Shown here piece by piece: positions 29,096 through 37,748 of a stretch of DNA of 64,000 nt. The notes under the pieces were generated by a model. It was given only the letters and a program-made list of their open reading frames with translations. It made no database searches and was not told the origin of the DNA. Source of the DNA: a bacterium (lineage in GTDB: Bacteria > JADJOY01); NCBI GenBank assembly GCA_046331705.1, contig JAXLQJ010000041.1, positions 1 through 64,000 of the forward strand, given 5' to 3'. Positions within the stretch are counted from its first letter, which is position 1, and every line of letters begins with the position of its first letter. A program made the translations under genes and the position numbers.

Positions 29096-29112
29096 ATCAA
29101 GATCCGGGCCAA
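29096..29112 (-). promoter_or_regulatory. Possible sigma54 promoter of pilin 2
   Basis: TTGGCCCGGATCTTGAT on the minus strand; correct spacing but the -12 element is GA rather than GC. Confidence 0.45.
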
Positions 29113-29399
29113 GGGCATCCCGTCGGTTGGAGTCACGAAATCGCTCGTGATTTCACGCTTCTTCTCGACCACGCCGCGTGCCGGCTGCTCGCGTGGCGAC
29201 CGAATTCCGGCGCTGGCGCCGACAACTTGACGGGTCCGCGGAAAGGGTGCCCGGCGCTTCGGGGCACTCCCCCGAGCGAGCGGCTGCGCGCCCCGCACGA
29301 CGCCCGCGCCGCCGCGCGCTCCGCGCCGACATCGCCGAGTGCTCGCGCTATGGTGAGGCGCCCGTCTCGCCGACGCGTCTCCCGGGTGGCCTCGCCTTC

Positions 29400-31160
29400 G
29401 TGTCCGTCGCTCCTTCCACCCGTCGGTTCACGCTCGCTCTGCGGCGAGACGCCGGGCTCTTCGCCGAGCGGCTGGGCGACGCGCTGCTCTTCGGCTGGGC
29501 GATCTTCGCGCTGGCGCGGCGGCTCCTGCTCGTCGCCGAAGGTGTCGGCGATCGCGTCGTCCATGGGGCGTGGTGCGCCGCTCTGGTCGCGCTGCTGCTC
29601 GCCCTGGCGTTCCGACGCGGGCGCCACCGCAGTCACGGACCGAGCCGGGCGCTGTGGATCGCCGTCGAGGCGATGCTCGTTGCCGCACCGCTGTGGAGCC
29701 TGGCCTCGCTGAGCCAGCGCGCTCCCACGGAGCTCGGCAGCCACGCGTGGATCGCACAGGAGTGGGCGAAGCTCCCAGCCAACCTCGGCGTGATCGTGCG
29801 CGCGGCCCCGGGGTCTGCAGCGCTGCACGCCGCCTTGGCCTTGGGCTTGGTCGCGGCCGCGACTCGCCGCATGCGGTGGTTGCCCGTGGGCCTAGCCGCG
29901 CTCGCGCTCCCGGGCTCGATCCGGCTGCTCACCGAGATCGGCGCCGACGATCGCATCGTGTTCTACGCCGCGGTCTTCGGCTTGCCGTGGGTCACGGTGC
30001 TGGTGACGGCGGCGCTGGGGCGGTGGCGCTGGTTGGCGCGCGCGGCGCTGCCCGCGACGCTCACCTCGCTCTTGCTGGTGAGCTACGCCGGGCTCGTCCC
30101 CTGGAGCGGGGCGCACCGCTTCGACGCCGATCCGGCGGTGCGCCGCGTCTACCCCGCCCCGGGCGCCGGGGCCCGCTTCCCACTCGCCTTTCTGCGCGAC
30201 TTCGAGCTGGACTCCACCGGCACCACGCTCTTCACCGCTTACGGCCCCACCTCCGGGCTCGTGCGCCTCGACCTGGCGAGCGGCGCGGCCGCGCTCGTCC
30301 CGACGCCCGACGATCTCGTGCGACATCTGAACGCCGATCCGCGGGAAGCAGGCGGGATGATGGCGCTCGAGTGGGTACACGGCTCGCTGCTCACGCTCAC
30401 CTCCGACCCATTCGCCATCGCGTCACGGATCCCGCTCACCGGCCCGCGTCGCTACGTGCCCATGAGCTTCCTCGCTGGCCGGGATCGGGTCATCGTGGTG
30501 TTCACCGAGGAGCCGGGCATCGCCGAGCTCGATCGCGCCAGCGGCGAGATCCGCCGCTCGCTCTCGTTCCGAGACGCCGGGCTCACGCGATTCCGCAGTG
30601 GAGCGTGGGAGATGGTGGGCGACCTCGAGGAAGGGTTCGCGATCGTGGAGATCGGCGCCACCGACGAGGATGGCGGCTATCGCGTGGTGCGCGTGGACCT
30701 CACGCGTTTCGAGATCGAGCGCACCGCACCCATCCCCGATGGCGGTCTCGCGCTGCTGCGGGTGCCGTCCCACGGCGCGGTGCTCTCCGCGGGGTTCTTC
30801 ACCGATCGGATCGCGGAGATCGACGAGCGCTCGCTCGCCGCGCGCCGCGCGCTGCGCGGGCCGCTCAACTGCCGCGCGCTCGCGTACGATCCGCGCCGCG
30901 ACGTGATCTACGCGCTGGCGTTCCTGCCCGGCGAGCTGTGGGCGATTCGCTACCTGGACGGGGCCGTGCTGCGCCGCGACCGCGTGGGGAACAAGGCGCT
31001 CTCGCTCGAGCTGGACCTCGCCCGGGATCGCCTCTACGTGGGCAGCCGCGACGGCATCTTCGCCGTGGACCTCGGGACGTATCTGGGCGCGCCCGGCGCC
31101 AGCGCCGCGCCGCCCTCCGTCACGCCGGCCGCTGCCGTGGATCCTCGCGATGGCGCGTGA
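29400..31160 (+). CDS. Membrane protein with C-terminal beta-propeller (YncE-like)
   Basis: Several N-terminal TM segments, then blade-like repeats (ALAYDPRRDVIY, LELDLARDRLYVG); start uncertain. Confidence 0.68.
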   Translation: MSVAPSTRRFTLALRRDAGLFAERLGDALLFGWAIFALARRLLLVAEGVGDRVVHGAWCAALVALLLALAFRRGRHRSHGPSRALWIAVEAMLVAAPLWSLASLSQRAPTELGSHAWIAQEWAKLPANLGVIVRAAPGSAALHAALALGLVAAATRRMRWLPVGLAALALPGSIRLLTEIGADDRIVFYAAVFGLPWVTVLVTAALGRWRWLARAALPATLTSLLLVSYAGLVPWSGAHRFDADPAVRRVYPAPGAGARFPLAFLRDFELDSTGTTLFTAYGPTSGLVRLDLASGAAALVPTPDDLVRHLNADPREAGGMMALEWVHGSLLTLTSDPFAIASRIPLTGPRRYVPMSFLAGRDRVIVVFTEEPGIAELDRASGEIRRSLSFRDAGLTRFRSGAWEMVGDLEEGFAIVEIGATDEDGGYRVVRVDLTRFEIERTAPIPDGGLALLRVPSHGAVLSAGFFTDRIAEIDERSLAARRALRGPLNCRALAYDPRRDVIYALAFLPGELWAIRYLDGAVLRRDRVGNKALSLELDLARDRLYVGSRDGIFAVDLGTYLGAPGASAAPPSVTPAAAVDPRDGA

Positions 31161-32577
31161 CGAGCGCCGCACGGGCTGGCTCTTGGGCGGCCTCGCGGCG
31201 CTCCTCGTCGCGCGCCAGCTGCGCTGGCTCCTCACCGGCACGATCAACGAGGACGAGCTCGAGAACCTGCAGATCCTGTGGCTCTTCGACCACGGTCGCG
31301 TGTTCGGCAGGGATTACGTCACCTCGCACCTCCCCACGTTCTCGCTGCTCCTCGCGCCGCTCTATCGCTGGAGGGGCGTGAGCCCCGCGCTGCCCGGGCT
31401 GGTGCGCGTGGCCATCGCCCCGCTGATGGCGTGGACGCTCGCGGAGGTCGCGCTGCTCGGCCGGCGGATCGCGGGACACGCGCGCGGCGCGCTCGTCGCC
31501 GTGATCTTGCTGCTCGCCTCGCCGACCCTCGCCGCGTCGCTGAGCGAAGCGCGTCCCGATTCGGTGGCGCTCCCGCTGGCACTGCTCGCGTTCCGTCTTT
31601 TCGCGAGCTACGTCGGAAGCGGCCGCGTTGGCACGCTGTCGCTCGCCGGGCTCGCCTTCGGGCTGAGCTTTCTCTTCAACCCGAAGGCGGTGCTGCTGTG
31701 GCTGGCCACCGCCTGGGCGGCCGAGCGGCACCACGTCCGCGAGCTCGCGCTCCCGGGCAGCGCGCGCACCCGTCGTATCGCCGCGTTCGCCGTACTGGCG
31801 CTCGCGCCGCTCGGGCTCGCGCTCGCCTTTCTCGCAGCGCGCGGCATCGTGGGCAGCGCCGACGTGGAGGTCTTCCTCACCACCGGCTATCGCTGGCTGG
31901 ACGCGACCCGCCTCGCGGCCTACAAGCGCCATCTGGCGACGCGGATCGTCGCGCTCTCGCCGCTGCCGTGGCTGCTCGGCGCGTGGGCGCTCGTCCGCTC
32001 GCCGTGGCGCCGCGACGCGCCTTGGCAGGCCCTCACGCTGGCGGCGCTCGCTCACGGCGCGCAGATCGCGCTCTCGGCGGTGCTCGTGACCCAGATGTTG
32101 CTGATCCCCGCGGCGCTCTTCGCCGCCGCGGCGGCGCGCGCGTTGCGCGAGCGCAGCGCGGCGACGCAGACGGTGGCGATGCTCGTCGCGGTGCTGATGC
32201 CCGCGTGCTTCGCCGCCGAGGATCGACACGGCCGCGCCGAGCAGACGGCGCGCATGGCGTTCGTGCTCGCGCACGTCCCCGAGGACCGCTCCGTGCTCGA
32301 CGGCCGCTACGGCCTGGAGGCCTTTCGCCCGCTGATCGGCCGATTCCAGCAGTTTCGACCCTGGATCTACCGGCCGGGCGTGTTCGCGAACGAGCAGGCC
32401 GAGGTGCTGAGCGCCATCGCGAGCCAGCGCGTCGGCGCGGTGATCCACCACCCGCTCTACGAGCTCTTCGACCCGGAGCTGCGCGCCCTCATCGAGCGCC
32501 ACTACGCTCCGTCGGCGCGCACCGACGTGTGGCTGCCGAGGCCGCGGCCCGCGGCGCCCTCGCCCACCGGAAGCTGA
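31150..32577 (+). CDS. GT-C-fold-like membrane glycosyltransferase
   Basis: NEDELE loop after TM1, RDY..HLP, EARPD, NPKA; many TM segments. Confidence 0.68.
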   Translation: MARDERRTGWLLGGLAALLVARQLRWLLTGTINEDELENLQILWLFDHGRVFGRDYVTSHLPTFSLLLAPLYRWRGVSPALPGLVRVAIAPLMAWTLAEVALLGRRIAGHARGALVAVILLLASPTLAASLSEARPDSVALPLALLAFRLFASYVGSGRVGTLSLAGLAFGLSFLFNPKAVLLWLATAWAAERHHVRELALPGSARTRRIAAFAVLALAPLGLALAFLAARGIVGSADVEVFLTTGYRWLDATRLAAYKRHLATRIVALSPLPWLLGAWALVRSPWRRDAPWQALTLAALAHGAQIALSAVLVTQMLLIPAALFAAAAARALRERSAATQTVAMLVAVLMPACFAAEDRHGRAEQTARMAFVLAHVPEDRSVLDGRYGLEAFRPLIGRFQQFRPWIYRPGVFANEQAEVLSAIASQRVGAVIHHPLYELFDPELRALIERHYAPSARTDVWLPRPRPAAPSPTGS

Positions 32578-34511
32578 CGAACGGCACGCGGCTCGCGCGA
32601 CCGGTGCCAGCGCACCGACGGAGGCGTGCGCTCCGGATGGAAGCCGAGACGCACCCGGGGCGGCGGATCGATCAGCGCGACGAACCCGATCGGATCGCCG
32701 TCGATCGGGAAGCGCTCCAGGCGCACCGGCGGGCTGGCGGCGAGCTCGCGGTCGAAGTGGTAGCGCAGCACCACGCGTCCGTTCTCCGGTACCAGCTCGC
32801 TGAGCTCGATGCGGTCGAGGGTGGATTCGATCCTGCCCGAGCCCGCGAGGAACCGCGAGCTCGGCGCGCGCACGCGAAACAGCGCCAGCTCGCCGAGCAC
32901 GCCGTCCGGCTCGAGCAGCTCCGCACGCGCCTCCAGAGCAGCGCGCGCTTCCCGGCTCCACACCAGCACGTGCCCGATGGCGTAACGACGGAAGAGCGCG
33001 TCGAGCTCGCTCGCGGGCCACGCGGCGATCGGCCGGCCGTCGAGGATGCGGCTCTCGAACTCGACGACCTGATGGCGCACGAACGGCCGGCCGACGTACG
33101 CACCATTCACCAGCTCGCGACCGATCAGCTCGGGGAGAAGCGTGGGCAGATGGGTGCCGAAGTAGTGGTGGCCCGGTCCCTCGAGGTTCACGAGCCAGTC
33201 GGCTTCGGGATGCTCCCACGCCGAGTCCTCGACGAGCAGCCGCTGCGCGGGATCGACCTCGTGCTCGAGGAGCGTGACCAGTCCCGCCGCCTCCCCCTCG
33301 ATACCCGCGCGCAACGGCAGCTCCGGACCGATGGGGTTGAAGCGGCCGAGCGCGATCGCCACCAGCGGGCTCGCCCACGGCAACACGCGTCGCCACGCGC
33401 GCACCCCACCTCCCGGAGCCTCCGCGAGCCCGATCGCGGCGAGCAGGCACGCGGCGAGCAGGAACATCACCAGGAATCGATAGGGCTCGGTCCAGACCGT
33501 CACCCGCCAGGCGTAGCCCGCGAACGCGAACACCAGCGGCGCCCCGACGAAGCTGCCCCAGAAAACGACGAGCGACGAATCGCGGCCGCGGCGCGCGAGC
33601 TGGCGGGCGCCCGCGACCGCGAGCGCGTAGAGCACGATCACCACCGGCAAGCCGTGCGGATAGAAGAGCGCGAGCAAGGAGTAGCGCGCGTCGAGGACAC
33701 CGACCGTGCCGCCCCCATAACCGAGCGACACGTCACGGCGCGCCACGAAGGGGACGATCCAGTGCGCGTTGAAGAGCGCCGCCGCGGCGAGGATCGCCGC
33801 GCTGCCCACCAGCACGCGCGGACTCAGCGCGCGCCGACGCTCGACCAGCAGTGCGAGCGCGAACAGCCCGACCCAGGCCGCCGCGAGCTCGTGGACCGTG
33901 CCCGCGAGCGCGGCCAGCAGCGCGGTCCGCGCCCACGGCCACGCGCGCGCAGTGACCAGGAACGATCGATACGAGGCGGCGACGGCGAGCGCCAGCGGCA
34001 CGCCGCACAACCAACCGGGGCTGCCGGTCACGAGGAACGAGAACGGCACGCCCGTCCAGATCACCGGCACTGCGACGATCGGCACCCAGGACGCCGCGGC
34101 GCCGAGCGCGAGCATTCGCGCCGCCCAGGCCAGCAGCGGTAGCGTGGCGAGCACGAGCAACGCCGTCATGACGTTGAACGCTCGTCCCTCGCCGAGCCAC
34201 GGAGCGAGGGTCGCGATCGCCAGGGTCCAGGCGTGGCCACCCGCCAGCAGGTGCTGGCACTCGGGAAAGCCCGCGTTGAAGGCGGGGTCGTAGCCTGCGA
34301 GCTGTCCATTCGCGAGCAGCGCGGCGCGGGTGAGCGCGTAGCGAAAGCGCGGCACGTAGTCGTCGACGAAGAGCGGGGCGTCGCGCGCCAGCTCGCTCGG
34401 CGGCAGCACCGCGAACGTGAGCAACGCGTGGCACGCGTACGCCGCGACCAGCGCCCAGCGCGGCGCGGCGCGCGGCGACGCTGGCTCGAGGGAGGCGGGC
34501 TCGGCGGACAC
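32502..34511 (-). CDS. Polytopic membrane protein, GT-C/YfhO-like
   Basis: LFVDDY, GYDPAFNAGFP, EPYRF; many TM segments plus a C-terminal soluble domain (VVLRYHF); GTG start inferred. Confidence 0.65.
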   Translation of the reverse strand: MSAEPASLEPASPRAAPRWALVAAYACHALLTFAVLPPSELARDAPLFVDDYVPRFRYALTRAALLANGQLAGYDPAFNAGFPECQHLLAGGHAWTLAIATLAPWLGEGRAFNVMTALLVLATLPLLAWAARMLALGAAASWVPIVAVPVIWTGVPFSFLVTGSPGWLCGVPLALAVAASYRSFLVTARAWPWARTALLAALAGTVHELAAAWVGLFALALLVERRRALSPRVLVGSAAILAAAALFNAHWIVPFVARRDVSLGYGGGTVGVLDARYSLLALFYPHGLPVVIVLYALAVAGARQLARRGRDSSLVVFWGSFVGAPLVFAFAGYAWRVTVWTEPYRFLVMFLLAACLLAAIGLAEAPGGGVRAWRRVLPWASPLVAIALGRFNPIGPELPLRAGIEGEAAGLVTLLEHEVDPAQRLLVEDSAWEHPEADWLVNLEGPGHHYFGTHLPTLLPELIGRELVNGAYVGRPFVRHQVVEFESRILDGRPIAAWPASELDALFRRYAIGHVLVWSREARAALEARAELLEPDGVLGELALFRVRAPSSRFLAGSGRIESTLDRIELSELVPENGRVVLRYHFDRELAASPPVRLERFPIDGDPIGFVALIDPPPRVRLGFHPERTPPSVRWHRSREPRAVRQLPVGEGAAGRGLGSHTSVRADGA

Positions 34512-34685
34512 GGGCTTCGGTTCGTTCCGCGACCGCAGCGAGCGCGTCGCCTGTTCGAGGCAGAATCGTGCCGGAAGCGGATCCGCTGCAAGGCCTCGGA
34601 CCAAGCGCGCGCTCGACTCGCGACGCCTGACCCGCCACCCGGGACTGCGGCTCGATTCGGCCGCGTTGACCAGTGCGCCACCTCG

Positions 34686-35180
34686 ATGAGATATCCAAGG
34701 CGCCAAACCGAGGTCCCACCGACTCCACCCGTGCGCGAGCCCCGCTCCTCCGCCATGCCACGCGAGCCCTCCTCCGCCGACCCGCACGAGGCGGATGCGC
34801 TCCCGCGCGCGGCGCTCGCCGCGCTCTGGCAGCGGGCAAGCGCGGCGAGCAGCGCTGCGCGCTTCGCCGAGCTCGAGCGAGTCATGACCGAGGCGAGCGC
34901 GCTCGCGGTGCGCTTGCACGGCGAGAACCACGCCGAGACCGCGCGGGCGCTCAACGAGCTGGCGTATGCGTTGCGGCGTCAGGGGAATTACGCGGCAGCC
35001 GAGCCCGTGCTGCGCCGGTTGATCGCGATCCAGGAGACCCTCGAGGGACCCGAGCACCCGAGCCTCGGCCTGCTTCTCGACCTGCTCGCCGCCGCCGTGA
35101 GCCGCGTTCACCCGGGGCGCATGTCCGAGGTCAAGAAGCTCGAGAGTCGCGCCGCCCACCTCCGGCTGCGGCGTCGCTGA
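34686..35180 (+). CDS. Small kinesin-light-chain-type TPR protein
   Basis: GENHAETARALNELA..GNYAAAEP..RRLIAIQE..GPEHPS. Confidence 0.75.
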   Translation: MRYPRRQTEVPPTPPVREPRSSAMPREPSSADPHEADALPRAALAALWQRASAASSAARFAELERVMTEASALAVRLHGENHAETARALNELAYALRRQGNYAAAEPVLRRLIAIQETLEGPEHPSLGLLLDLLAAAVSRVHPGRMSEVKKLESRAAHLRLRRR

Positions 35181-35205
35181 GCACGCGCCGCCGCGCTGCC
35201 GCCTC

Positions 35206-37533
35206 ATGTCCACGTCGAGCGAGACGCGCGCCGCCACCGCTAGCCCGGGGAGCGTGATCGCTCCACCGGGACGCGTCGGGCTCGAGGTACGCGCCGCACC
35301 GCAAAGCCGCGGTGCCGTGATGTGCGGATGGCTGATCCTGTGCGTCGCGTGGCTCGCTCCACTCGCGTGGATCGAGCAGCCGACCATCGACGTCGACGAG
35401 TCGGTGGCGCTCCACTACGCGAGCCTGCCGCCGCCGCAGATGCTCGCCTCGCTCGTCACCGACGGCGTGGGGCCACCGCTCTGGCCGTACGCGACTCACC
35501 TCGCGTACGCGTTGGGCGGCGTGACCGGCGCACGCGTGCTCTCCGCGGCCGTGCTCGCGCTCGGCGTGGCCGTCGCGTTTCGATTGGCGCGCAGGCTCTT
35601 CGGCATGCCCGCCGCCGCGGCGACGGCGCTCTTCCTCGCAGGATCCCCAGCCTGGATTCGCGTCAGCGGCCGAGCCGGCGATCCCCTGGCGCCGTGGCTC
35701 ACCGAGTCGCTGGCGGGGATCGCGCTGGCCGAGGCGGCGGCGGCGGGACGGGTGCGGGGCGCACGGGCGTTCGTGCTCGCGCTCGCGCTGGGCGTCGTGA
35801 CCGGCTTGACCGAGCCGCGCTCGTTGCTGCTGCTCGCGGCCCAGCTGGTGCTGATCGTGCCGCTCACGCGCAAGGGATCCGCCCGCGCCGCGCTGTTGCC
35901 GTGCGCGAGCGGATACCTCCTCGCGGCGGCGCTCACGGTCGCGTCGATCTGGGCCGTGTACGGCACGGCGCCCGAGCTGCCGCGCTGGCCGACCTTCGCG
36001 CGCGAACCAAGCTGGCTATCCACCACGTCGCCGACGGCGGTGGGGAAGCTGCCGCCGATCGGCGAATCGCTCCTCATCGCCGCGTGGTTGGCGGTGGTGC
36101 TCGCGGGATGGCTCGCGCCGGGCTCGAGCCATTGGCAGGCGCGCGGCATCGGTCTGGGCGCGCTGCTCACGCCGTTCGTGCTCGGCGCGCTCGGGGCGGC
36201 CACCGGCCTGGTGCGCATCGAGGCCCGTTTTCTGCTCGCCGCCCCCGCCGCCGCCGCGATCCTCGCCGGCCGCGGCCTCGCGTACCCGGTCCGCCAGCGG
36301 ATCGGCAGCCCCGGGCTACGCGTGCTGGCCTCGGCCGCGCTGGCGTTGCCGCTGGTCCTGCCCGTCGAGCTTCCGAGGCTGGTTCATCGCGCCACCGCGG
36401 CGGATGCGCGTTTTCGCATCGTCGCGCGCCAGCTCGCCGAGACCGCCACCGGAGACGACGTGGTGGTCCTCGACTCCACCAGCGCGTGGATCCTGCCCTG
36501 GTACTGGACGCCGCGCGCGCCGAGCGAGCCCGGCCATGCGATCACCGCCACCGTGATGCAGTTCCCCGGAGCGCCACGCGTGGACGGGTGCTCGCTGCTG
36601 AGCCGCGACGCCGCCCACGGCTGGACGACGTGGGACGACCTCCCAGCGCCGTGCGCCAACGCGAACCCGGCGCTCGACATCGCGTTCCTGGATGGCAGCT
36701 CCGACCTGGAGGAGCTGCTGGCGCAGCCGCGACGAAAATGGCTGGTCTTCGACGTCGGCGCGGAGCCGACCGCAAGCCACCCTGGCGATCCCTGGGGCGA
36801 GCTGTTGCGCTACCTGGGATCGGTCGCGCCTGTCTCCTGGGCGGTCACCGACCCCGGCGGTCGCGCGTTGACCGTCACCCGCATCGACGATCGCTACGTG
36901 GGGGCGGGAACCCGGCTCACCGCCGAGACCAGCACCAATCCGGGCATCCCTGGCGGACCGATCGCACCGGACGTGTGGCCGGTGTTCACGGTCGAGCCCG
37001 CTCGGTTCGAGGCGCGTGCCATCGGCGCCAGGCGATTCCCACCGACCCACTTCGGGACCGATCGCGGCGCGGAGCCGACGGTGGTCGAGACCGCTCCGGT
37101 GCCGATCTGGCGCGTGACGCTCACCGGCCGCAGCCGTGTGGGGCTGGGGCCGCCCGGCTCGGGCGCCTACCTCGATCTGGTGCCGTTGCTCGACCACGAA
37201 GCCGAGATCCCCGCGCTGCTCACGCCAGGTGCGCGGCTGCGACTGCGGCGCGCGTTACCGCGCTCCGGCACGCTCGCCGTCGAAGTCGAGCTCGCCGAGG
37301 GCCTCGCGTTTCCCCTCACGCTCGAGATCCGGGACCGCACCAGCGGCGAGGTCGGGTCGCTCCAGATTCCGCCTGGCGAGCGCAAATGGTCACCCGCGAT
37401 CGGCCCGCTCGCGCGCTGTGAGCCCGGCATCCACGAGCTCGAGATCGGCTTCGCCGAGGCCGACCTGCCGAAGCTCGCGCAGCTCGGTACCGCGGCGACA
37501 CCGCTGCGCAGCATCGTGCTGCGCTTGCTCTGA
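35206..37533 (+). CDS. GT-C-fold (GT39-like) membrane protein with large C-terminal domain
   Basis: DVDESV loop, PPLW, ARVLSA..LARRLFG, EARFL; Ala/Leu-rich and divergent. Confidence 0.62.
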   Translation: MSTSSETRAATASPGSVIAPPGRVGLEVRAAPQSRGAVMCGWLILCVAWLAPLAWIEQPTIDVDESVALHYASLPPPQMLASLVTDGVGPPLWPYATHLAYALGGVTGARVLSAAVLALGVAVAFRLARRLFGMPAAAATALFLAGSPAWIRVSGRAGDPLAPWLTESLAGIALAEAAAAGRVRGARAFVLALALGVVTGLTEPRSLLLLAAQLVLIVPLTRKGSARAALLPCASGYLLAAALTVASIWAVYGTAPELPRWPTFAREPSWLSTTSPTAVGKLPPIGESLLIAAWLAVVLAGWLAPGSSHWQARGIGLGALLTPFVLGALGAATGLVRIEARFLLAAPAAAAILAGRGLAYPVRQRIGSPGLRVLASAALALPLVLPVELPRLVHRATAADARFRIVARQLAETATGDDVVVLDSTSAWILPWYWTPRAPSEPGHAITATVMQFPGAPRVDGCSLLSRDAAHGWTTWDDLPAPCANANPALDIAFLDGSSDLEELLAQPRRKWLVFDVGAEPTASHPGDPWGELLRYLGSVAPVSWAVTDPGGRALTVTRIDDRYVGAGTRLTAETSTNPGIPGGPIAPDVWPVFTVEPARFEARAIGARRFPPTHFGTDRGAEPTVVETAPVPIWRVTLTGRSRVGLGPPGSGAYLDLVPLLDHEAEIPALLTPGARLRLRRALPRSGTLAVEVELAEGLAFPLTLEIRDRTSGEVGSLQIPPGERKWSPAIGPLARCEPGIHELEIGFAEADLPKLAQLGTAATPLRSIVLRLL

Positions 37534-37697
37534 CGCGAGGCCCGAAGCCGGTCGGTCCCGCCCGCCGCTCGTGACGGCGGCGGCGCGACCCCCACGCCAC
37601 CGCAGCCGCAGGCGGCCTCCTGGAACGCGCGAGCAGCGCCGCCCGATGCGAGCCACAGGGGGCCCGCGCTGCGGCGGAACGAGCGCGAAGCGAACGA

Positions 37698-37722
37698 CAC
37701 GGGCGCCGATTCGGCACCCGTG
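37698..37722 (-). terminator. Hairpin downstream of the large hydrolase gene
   Basis: cacgggtgccg-aat-cggcgcccgtg on the minus strand, 11-bp stem with one G-U. Confidence 0.5.
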
Positions 37723-37748
37723 CGCTCGATTCCGCGTGCCTACCTACT

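Noticed and set aside
32502-35387. 961-aa and similar N-terminally extended ORFs (also 8198-10342, 49064-52282, 20804-24274)
   Set aside because: The extensions overlap other real genes; starts were trimmed to the motif-bearing part
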